DNA of 64,000 nucleotides from the NCBI GenBank assembly GCA_913040915.1, contig CAJWHW010000006.1, positions 1-64,000 of the forward strand, in the 5' to 3' direction. The notes beneath the pieces were generated by a model. The model was not told the DNA's origin. It was given only the letters and a program-made list of their open reading frames with translations, and ran no database searches. The DNA is from an uncultured Fidelibacterota bacterium (GTDB lineage: Bacteria; Fidelibacterota; Marinisomatia; Marinisomatales; UBA1611). Shown here one piece after another: positions 56,963-64,000 of this stretch (positions are counted from its first letter, which is position 1; every line of letters starts with the position of its first letter). The translations under genes and the position numbers were made by a program.

Positions 56963-58725
56963 GATTTTATTTGTTCTGATATTTCCAATGATCTTAACCG
57001 ATTAATAGCAGCAGCAATTTCAAATTTACGAGGTCTTGAAAAATTGCCGGGGTGTTTTTCCTTTTTATAAAATGGATCTAAAGAATCCAGACCATTATTA
57101 TTGAAATATTCATCCAAAGCATCAACAATTTCCCTGAGCGTTACTTTATTTCTTACCATTTTTTCTGATGCAAAATAAATTGCATAAGCAATTGCACGAG
57201 TTTGGCTTGTTTCCACCAATTGATCTACAAAGCGAAGGTCTATGGTCTCAGTGCCAAAAATAATTTTATCTTGCTCTTGTACTCTGATTTTTACTTTTTT
57301 TCTTCCATGGGATGCATCAAAACTTGACGCTGCCGGTATTCTGCCAGAAATTACAAACATAGCCTTTAAACTTTCTGCTTGTCGTTGAGTTGGGTGATCT
57401 TGCACAATAGTTAATGTCTCTTTGGTGACATTATGAGGTAAATAATCCTGCATTTTAATGACTGTATCGGCTACGTCAAAATAATCACCGGATCCTCCCA
57501 TGACCAAGACTGTAGACACGCCGTTGTATTCATACAATTCACGAACACGGTCAATAAAGGGTGTGATGGGTTCCTTAGTTTTATGAATCAGTTTTTGCAT
57601 CCGTGCATCCCTGACCATAAAGTTTGTTGCAGAAGTATCTTCATCTAATAAAAGAAGATTACACCCTATTTCCATTGCTTCCATAATATTGGTTGCCTGG
57701 CTTGTGCTACCGCTTGCATCTTTGCTACAAAAAGATTCGGTGCTGATATCCTGTGGTAGGTTCGTAATAAAAGGGTCAATATTGACATTTTTTATTTGAC
57801 GACCATCTTCTGATCTAATTTTTACGCATTTAGGATCTGTGATCACGTATTCACGCCCATCGCCGAGGATGTGCGGATAAATACAACGTTCCAATGCCTT
57901 TAATAAGGTGGACTTACCATGATAACCGCCTCCAACGATTAAAGTGACGCCATTCGGAATGCCCATGCCAGAAATATATTTTTGGCCATCCGATAGTGGG
58001 TTCTTTAATTCATATGTCGTTTCAAGAGATTTAGGTGATTGAAATTTCACAACTTTACTTTCAGATAAAGGTTTATCGCTTATGCCGGAAGCTCTTGGTA
58101 AAATAGATCCATTGGCTACAAAAGCAGACAAATTTTTATCATTAAGTTGACGGCGAATTGATTCCTGGTTTTCTATACACTCCACAAATTGGGTACAGGT
58201 TGATTGATCTATATTTTTCCACCTAAGAGATTGTTCAACAATTTTTGGAATTTCATAGCATAGAATTTTAATCGCTTCATGTCCCAAAATCCTTCTTCCG
58301 GAAGCAGGAAAGCCAATTTGTAATCGGGCATCGATCCAATTTTCTGTGATAAAAATTGCTGTTCTTTCTAAAACTTCCTGTCCACCTACGTCTATAAAAA
58401 TTAATCCGCTTTTTCCGGTACCTTTTTTTGGTGTTGTTGTTTTTTTAATTTTATCTTTTACGACTCGCGCGACAAAATCTTCTAAGGCTATTTTACGGAT
58501 AGGATTTTTCCAAAGGTGTGATGGGAATTCTGAAATTTTACTCATAACCCGTAGACGTATTTTGGAGGGCTCGGCAAAAGGATCTCCCTGAACATGATCA
58601 ATAAATAATTTAAATTCCCGGAAAGCAAATTGGCCTTGAATTTTTTTATAGGCCTTGTAACCGAGACCGTCTATTTTAGTAAGAGTATTTCTTAATTGGT
58701 GGTTGTTTAACATAATGTCAAACAA
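56959..58725 (-). CDS. Stand-alone ABC-class ATPase domain protein (ABC_ATPase/MRB1590-like)
   Basis: DHVQGDPFA, GSILPR, Walker A GGGYHGKST, ASGSTSQA, Walker B LLLLDED, EIAAAINRLR. Confidence 0.82.
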   Translation of the reverse strand: MFDIMLNNHQLRNTLTKIDGLGYKAYKKIQGQFAFREFKLFIDHVQGDPFAEPSKIRLRVMSKISEFPSHLWKNPIRKIALEDFVARVVKDKIKKTTTPKKGTGKSGLIFIDVGGQEVLERTAIFITENWIDARLQIGFPASGRRILGHEAIKILCYEIPKIVEQSLRWKNIDQSTCTQFVECIENQESIRRQLNDKNLSAFVANGSILPRASGISDKPLSESKVVKFQSPKSLETTYELKNPLSDGQKYISGMGIPNGVTLIVGGGYHGKSTLLKALERCIYPHILGDGREYVITDPKCVKIRSEDGRQIKNVNIDPFITNLPQDISTESFCSKDASGSTSQATNIMEAMEIGCNLLLLDEDTSATNFMVRDARMQKLIHKTKEPITPFIDRVRELYEYNGVSTVLVMGGSGDYFDVADTVIKMQDYLPHNVTKETLTIVQDHPTQRQAESLKAMFVISGRIPAASSFDASHGRKKVKIRVQEQDKIIFGTETIDLRFVDQLVETSQTRAIAYAIYFASEKMVRNKVTLREIVDALDEYFNNNGLDSLDPFYKKEKHPGNFSRPRKFEIAAAINRLRSLEISEQIKS

Positions 58726-58830
58726 TAAGGAAAAAAGTTTACTTTAGCAAAACTAATTTTTGTACAGATCGATTTTGTTTCGATAACAATTCAACGAAAT
58801 AAATACAGCTAGAGCATTTTGATCCACAAT

Positions 58831-59256
58831 TCAATCGAGGGGGATGAGCCGAATACCTGCTTCTTTTGCATGGTCGATGATACGGTCATCACGATAGAAT
58901 TCAGCATAATAGATAGTTTTAATTCCTGCATTTGCAATCAACTTAAAGCAGTTATAACAAGGGGAAGCTGTAACAAAAATTTCTGAACTATTTATTTCTA
59001 CTCCATTTTTGGCAGCTTGCACAATGGCATTTGCTTCAGCATGAGTTGTTCGTACGCAATGGCCGTCAACCATTTCATGACCTACTTCATCACAGTGTGC
59101 AAGACCTTTAATGCTGCCGTTATACCCAGTAGATAAAATTGTCTTTTCTCTGACGATAACTGCTCCAACATGCTTCCGATCACAGGTAGAGCGGGTTGCG
59201 ACTTCAATAGCAATATTCATGAAATATTTTTCCCAACTGACTCGTTCATTTTTCAT
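58831..59256 (-). CDS. dCMP deaminase (ComEB-like)
   Basis: RSTC, TGYNG, HAEANA, PCYNC. Confidence 0.9.
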   Translation of the reverse strand: MKNERVSWEKYFMNIAIEVATRSTCDRKHVGAVIVREKTILSTGYNGSIKGLAHCDEVGHEMVDGHCVRTTHAEANAIVQAAKNGVEINSSEIFVTASPCYNCFKLIANAGIKTIYYAEFYRDDRIIDHAKEAGIRLIPLD

Positions 59257-59510
59257 TATTCAATATCTTTTTTATTAAAGATTTTAACAGCATACTTTGG
59301 TTCACCATAATAAATTTTATCCGCTGCCTGTGCAAGACGAGCAGTTAATATTAAATAGGCCCAGGTAGGCACCATCACACTTGCACAACCCTTAATAATG
59401 ACTTTTTCATTATTGTACTGCTCAAAATCATGTTCACTTATCATATGGCGAAATGATTTTTCACGAATAATGCCATTATCTAAAAAGTCGTCTAACAGAA
59501 TTGTTTTCAT
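59256..59510 (-). CDS. Short DUF2480-like protein
   Basis: IIREKSFR…HDF…Y, KGCAS…VPTWAY, IYYG. Confidence 0.7.
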   Translation of the reverse strand: MKTILLDDFLDNGIIREKSFRHMISEHDFEQYNNEKVIIKGCASVMVPTWAYLILTARLAQAADKIYYGEPKYAVKIFNKKDIE

Positions 59511-59512
59511 TC

Positions 59513-60712
59513 CTAAAAATAACCTATAATAGTTTTAAGTGCCGTACAAAATTTGTCTATCTCTGATTCGTCATTATACATGTAAAAACTGACTCTTGCT
59601 GTAGCAGTTTCGCCTAGAGTTTCTAATAAAGGTTGAGCACAATGATGTCCGACACGAATCGCTATATTATCTTCATTTAAAAACTGGGCTAAATCATGTG
59701 GATGAATATTTTTAATGTTAAAACTAATTACACCGCCACGGTTTTTTGCATTACCATGAATTCTGAGACATTCAATTTCATTCAATTTAGTTAAGGCGTA
59801 TTGAGTTAACTGCTTTTCATGGGACTCAACAGCATCCATGCCGATTCCTTCTAAATAATCAATCGCTGCTCCGAGACCAACTGCCTGGGCAAAATTGGGT
59901 GTGCCAGCTTCAAACTTATATGGAATATCATTCCAGGTAGATTTTTCCATCGTAACGGTATTGATCATCTCACCGCCGCCCATGAATGGTTCCATTTCAT
60001 TTAATAAATCAGTTTTTCCCCATAAAACACCAACCCCCGTTGGCCCCAACATTTTATGACCGGAGAATGCATAATAGTCACATCCCAATTCATGAACATT
60101 TACAGGTATATGAGAAGCACCCTGTGCGCCGTCAACAATAAAAATTGCACCGACATTTTGAACCAATTTTGCAATTTTTTTTATTGGATTAATAGTGCCT
60201 AGTATATTAGACATATGGGTCAAGGAGACAATTTTTGTATTGTGTGTGAAATATTTGTTCGGTTCAGAAAGATCCAATTCGCCTGAATTATTTATGGGTA
60301 TAAAGTTTAGAGTCGCACCAGTTCGCATAGCAGCCAATTGCCAAGGTACAATATTGGAATGATGTTCCATTTCTGAGATCAGAATTTGATCACCAGGCCT
60401 TAGGGTATTCCCAATTGACCAAGCCAATAGATTGATTGACTCTGTTGTGCCACTTGTGAAAACAATTTCTCTATCTGATTGTGAATTTATAAAGTTGGCT
60501 ACTTTTTTTCTGGCTGTTTCATATCGATTTGTTGCTTCACTGCCAATATCATAAAGAGCGCGGTGCACATTAGCGTTCGCTTCTTTGTAGAGTGAATCAA
60601 CTGCATCCAGAACAGTTTGAGGTTTTTGCGATGTGGCTGCATTATCAAAATAGATTAATTCAGAGTTAGAAAAAATAGGGAAATCTTTTTTAATATCTTT
60701 TGGTGTAAACAT
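59513..60712 (-). CDS. sufS: Cysteine desulfurase
   Basis: DNAATSQKP, EHHSN, FSGHKM, EAGTP, RVGHHCA. Confidence 0.95.
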   Translation of the reverse strand: MFTPKDIKKDFPIFSNSELIYFDNAATSQKPQTVLDAVDSLYKEANANVHRALYDIGSEATNRYETARKKVANFINSQSDREIVFTSGTTESINLLAWSIGNTLRPGDQILISEMEHHSNIVPWQLAAMRTGATLNFIPINNSGELDLSEPNKYFTHNTKIVSLTHMSNILGTINPIKKIAKLVQNVGAIFIVDGAQGASHIPVNVHELGCDYYAFSGHKMLGPTGVGVLWGKTDLLNEMEPFMGGGEMINTVTMEKSTWNDIPYKFEAGTPNFAQAVGLGAAIDYLEGIGMDAVESHEKQLTQYALTKLNEIECLRIHGNAKNRGGVISFNIKNIHPHDLAQFLNEDNIAIRVGHHCAQPLLETLGETATARVSFYMYNDESEIDKFCTALKTIIGYF

Positions 60713-60779
60713 AATTATCCAGTTTATTCCTTATAATCTACTTTTCGCACCCTTAGGTTTTTTATACTTTACAATGATT

Positions 60780-61322
60780 TTACAACATGCCTAATTCAAG
60801 CTGTGCTGCTTCACTCATCATATCTCTATTCCACTGAGGCTCCCAGACCAATTCAACTGACACGTCTTCGACGCCATCCAGTCCTTTCACTTTACGATCC
60901 ACTTCTCCAGCGATTACAGGGCCCATGCCGCATCCCGGTGCAGTAAGAGTCATTTTGATTTTGACTATTCTACCTTCATTCAGATCAGAAATGTCCATGC
61001 CGTAGATAAGTCCCAGTTCCACAATATTTACAGGAATTTCAGGGTCGTAACATGTTCGAAGTTGGTCCCAGATTTGGCTTTCCAAGTCGCCTCTTGTTTT
61101 GGATGTTTCATCTATTTTCGGGATTTCAAATCCCAATGCATCTGCATTTTCTTCTGTGATTTGAACCATATTCCCATTGATAAGAATTGTATAATTCCCA
61201 CCTAAAGCTTGGGTGATTCGGACTAAATTTCCAGCCAATAACTTAACTTCATCGCCTGATGGAACCATGTAAGCATCTACATCTCTTAGTAATCTAATCG
61301 CTTCGTTCGGCACTTGGTTCAT
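60780..61322 (-). CDS. sufT: Fe-S assembly protein SufT (DUF59)
   Basis: ITQALGG, YDPEIPVNIVELGL, TLTAPGCGMG. Confidence 0.9.
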   Translation of the reverse strand: MNQVPNEAIRLLRDVDAYMVPSGDEVKLLAGNLVRITQALGGNYTILINGNMVQITEENADALGFEIPKIDETSKTRGDLESQIWDQLRTCYDPEIPVNIVELGLIYGMDISDLNEGRIVKIKMTLTAPGCGMGPVIAGEVDRKVKGLDGVEDVSVELVWEPQWNRDMMSEAAQLELGML

Positions 61323-61726
61323 TTTACAATTTCCTGAATTTTCTGGATAGCACTGGAAAATCCATTCGTCCGTTGACTTGTGACAGCACCACCCAGACCA
61401 ACGGAGCTCAAAATGTCATTACAGTTTACGGATAAAATATCTTTTGGTATTTGATTATTAAATATTCTCTCTAATAAGGAAAGTAACCCCTTTACAATCA
61501 TTGCGTCAGAGTCGGTTCTAAAGACATAGGTGTTATTCTCATTTCTGGAACCAACTACCCAAGCTTGGGATGTACAGCCGTAGATCTTATTTTTTTCAAC
61601 CTTTTCTAACTCATTCAAACCTTCTGATTCTATTGCCATATCCATAAGTTGAACAAATTTGTCTTTCGTATTATCAAATATTGAAAACAGGTCGTTCAAT
61701 TCCTTTAAATTTTCCTGGATAGTCAT
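61319..61726 (-). CDS. sufE: Sulfur acceptor SufE
   Basis: GCTSQAW, DSDAMIVKG, RTNG. Confidence 0.9.
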   Translation of the reverse strand: MTIQENLKELNDLFSIFDNTKDKFVQLMDMAIESEGLNELEKVEKNKIYGCTSQAWVVGSRNENNTYVFRTDSDAMIVKGLLSLLERIFNNQIPKDILSVNCNDILSSVGLGGAVTSQRTNGFSSAIQKIQEIVK

Positions 61727-62991
61727 CCGGTTGTATTCTTTCTAAGCCAATTTTCAAACTGATTTGTGATAAATGCCCGCACTGATTCTTGCTTTATTTT
61801 ATCCAGTAATTCATTGGCAAACCCATTGACCAATAATGCCTTTGATTCCATGAGATCTAATCCTCGGGATCGTAAATAAAATAGGGCATTATCATCTAAA
61901 GCACCTGTAGTAGAACCGTGTACACATTTTACATCATCGGCATAAATCTCTAATTGTGGATTAGAATTCATTAGAGTATTATTAGATAACAATAAATTTT
62001 TATTATTTTGGGTAGAATCTGTCTTTTGAGCATTTTCCCTTACGATAGTTTTTCCAACAAAAACACCTTTAGATGAATCTTGGAGAACCGATTTAAAATT
62101 TTGAGAACTGGTGCAATGAGCTACTTTGTGATCTGTAATGATATGGTGATCTAAATGTTGTGAATTGGTAGAAAGAGCTAACCCTGATAAATTGCAATTT
62201 GCACCTTCACCTTTTAAATCCGCTCGAATATTGAGTCTACTCAATTTTCCACCCTCAGCAAATTGAAAAAATGAATATTGGCTGTCAACCCCTTGTTCAA
62301 TATTGAGATTCGCCATATTGATGAATTCTTGTGAATTTGATTGAATACGGATGTGATCCAAATGAGCATTTTGGCTTAGAGCAATGTGTGTGGAACTATT
62401 TTGAAAAAAGGCCTGGGCATCTCCCAAATGATGTTCAATAAAAGTAGCAGATGCGGATTTACCTAAATCAAAATAGACAATGGGGGAGACCATCAAATTT
62501 TCTTTACCTGAAGAAATAAAAAGGATTCTGATGGGTTTTTCAATGACGGTATTTGGTGAAATAACTAGAGACAAACCGCTATCCATAAACGCAGTATTCA
62601 AAAGATCAAATGGAGAATTTGCAGGATGATTAAACTGCCAATTTTTCGTTTCCAAATATTCCAGACCTGTCAAGAGTTGAATGCCTTTAGGTATAGTTGA
62701 AATATTTCGTTGAAAATGGCCATTATAAAAAATTATATCAGCAACATCGTCCATCTCAAATTCTGATAAATCCAACTTTTCTTTTGGTGCATCTTGAACA
62801 TCTGAAATTTTAAAATTCTTTTTCGTAATCGCTGATAAATTAGTGAAACGCCAATCTTCCCATTTTTGTGTTGGAAATCCTGTGTCAAGGAATTTTGAAA
62901 AAGCATCCTTTCTAATGGGATGAACTTCTTTCGAGAAATATTCCCGATTCATTATTTTTTCAAATTCAGTTTGATAGTGTGTGAGATTCAT
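61723..62991 (-). CDS. sufD: Fe-S assembly protein SufD
   Basis: GFPT…EDWRFT, PQLEIYADDVKCVHG, FYLRSRG; likely ATG 62991 overlapping the sufC stop. Confidence 0.92.
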   Translation of the reverse strand: MNLTHYQTEFEKIMNREYFSKEVHPIRKDAFSKFLDTGFPTQKWEDWRFTNLSAITKKNFKISDVQDAPKEKLDLSEFEMDDVADIIFYNGHFQRNISTIPKGIQLLTGLEYLETKNWQFNHPANSPFDLLNTAFMDSGLSLVISPNTVIEKPIRILFISSGKENLMVSPIVYFDLGKSASATFIEHHLGDAQAFFQNSSTHIALSQNAHLDHIRIQSNSQEFINMANLNIEQGVDSQYSFFQFAEGGKLSRLNIRADLKGEGANCNLSGLALSTNSQHLDHHIITDHKVAHCTSSQNFKSVLQDSSKGVFVGKTIVRENAQKTDSTQNNKNLLLSNNTLMNSNPQLEIYADDVKCVHGSTTGALDDNALFYLRSRGLDLMESKALLVNGFANELLDKIKQESVRAFITNQFENWLRKNTTG

Positions 62992-63728
62992 GACGCTAAC
63001 CAACTATATCCTTTATCTTCTAACTCCAAAGCTAAATCTTTACCACCGGAACGAACAATTTGTCCATCAATTAAAACATGAACGTGATCAGGCTCAATGT
63101 ATTTTAATAATCGCTGATAATGAGTAATGACAAGAAATGACCGATCTTCATTTCGATATTGATTCAGACCATTGGAAACAATTTTTAGAGCGTCAATGTC
63201 CAATCCGGAATCAGTCTCATCCAGAATGGCCAGAGTAGGTTCGAGCGTCAGCATTTGTAATATTTCATTCCGCTTTTTTTCTCCGCCCGAAAAACCTTCA
63301 TTCACAGCACGCTGGAGGTAATTTGTATCTATATCCACTTGATTCAGTTTTTCTTTAACCAGCTTTAAAAATCCTGCAGCATCTAATTCTTTTTCACCCT
63401 GATATTTACGCTTCGCATTCAGGGCCGCTTTAAGAAAATAAGTATTATTTACGCCTGGAATCACAACCGGATATTGAAATGACATGAAAATACCAGCCAG
63501 GGATCTGTCTTCTGGTGACCAATCTAAAATAGATTCACCAAAATAAAGAATATCGCCTTTTGTAATATTGTAACCATCACGACCTGTAATGACATTTGAA
63601 AGTGTACTTTTACCGGATCCATTTCGCCCCATAATGGCGTGCATTTCACCGGGGTTTATAAACAGGTTGATCCCTTTTATTATTTCTTTATCATCGACCC
63701 TAATGTGGAGATTCTTTATTTCCAGCAT
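62988..63728 (-). CDS. sufC: Fe-S assembly ATPase SufC
   Basis: GRNGSGKST, FQYP, FSGGEKKRNE, LDETDSGLDID. Confidence 0.96.
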   Translation of the reverse strand: MLEIKNLHIRVDDKEIIKGINLFINPGEMHAIMGRNGSGKSTLSNVITGRDGYNITKGDILYFGESILDWSPEDRSLAGIFMSFQYPVVIPGVNNTYFLKAALNAKRKYQGEKELDAAGFLKLVKEKLNQVDIDTNYLQRAVNEGFSGGEKKRNEILQMLTLEPTLAILDETDSGLDIDALKIVSNGLNQYRNEDRSFLVITHYQRLLKYIEPDHVHVLIDGQIVRSGGKDLALELEDKGYSWLAS

Positions 63729-63732
63729 TTAA

Positions 63733-64000
63733 CTACCCAACACTTCCTTCTAGACTCACTTCCATCAATTTTGTTGCTTCTACAGCGAATTCCATGGGTA
63801 ATTCATTAAAGACTTCTTTACAAAATCCATTCACAATCATAGATACGGCATCTTCAGTTGAAATTCCTCGCTGATTGCAGTAAAAAAGCTGATCTTCGCC
63901 AATATTAGATGTAGTTGCTTCATGCTCCATTTGGGCTGACGGATTTCTCACATCAATGTAGGGGAATGTATGCGCACCGCATTGATCGCCAATCAAGATG
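63733..64000 (-). CDS. sufB: Fe-S assembly protein SufB, 3' end (truncated by the window edge)
   Basis: [29 protein letters not shown]. Confidence 0.95.
   Translation of the reverse strand, partial: ILIGDQCGAHTFPYIDVRNPSAQMEHEATTSNIGEDQLFYCNQRGISTEDAVSMIVNGFCKEVFNELPMEFAVEATKLMEVSLEGSVG

Noticed and set aside
423..58591. Many 60-130 aa ORFs nested in or antisense to long genes
   Set aside because: They lie inside well-supported CDSs and lack motifs or RBSs.
58772..58804. Imperfect inverted repeat upstream of the ABC-ATPase as a mobile element end
   Set aside because: Short and AT-rich, with no partner repeat or target duplication seen at the other end.
1..64000. CRISPR arrays, tRNA/rRNA genes, transposases or integrases
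   Set aside because: No repeat-spacer periodicity, tRNA arms, rRNA-like stretches or recombinase motifs seen by eye; nearly all sequence is explained by CDSs.

Overview
This is an AT-rich, gene-dense 64-kb bacterial chromosome segment. Gene content (TonB receptors, DUF4249, YPNPFNP-type C-terminal sorting domains, DUF3467, thyX, short intergenic spaces) suggests an FCB-group organism, plausibly Marinimicrobia/SAR406; this is inference only. In order, the window holds: the end of a surface-polysaccharide locus (HisF2, DUF354, wecB, sugar transferase, Wzi); a TonB receptor/DUF4249/arylsulfotransferase cluster; trmH, queG, elbB; three beta-solenoid envelope genes whose upstream ECF sigma/anti-sigma pair survives only as a deletion scar; mdh, rpmA, a frameshifted rplU and rne/rng with a structured leader; small hydrolases/methyltransferases and thyX; a radC pseudogene; a tightly coupled four-gene cluster of fused E1 alpha/beta 2-oxoacid dehydrogenase, FabD-like acyltransferase, homocitrate synthase-like enzyme and glutaryl-CoA dehydrogenase; birA, a methylmalonyl-CoA mutase subunit and DjlA; a 1388-aa TonB receptor with large acidic DxDxDG repeat insertions behind an acidic secreted protein; etfBA with a membrane Fe-S oxidoreductase; and a suf operon. 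The best candidates for undescribed biology are the E2-less dehydrogenase/acyltransferase/homocitrate synthase/GcdH cluster and the secreted protein plus repeat-loaded TonB receptor module. I saw no rRNA, tRNA, CRISPR array or intact mobile element.
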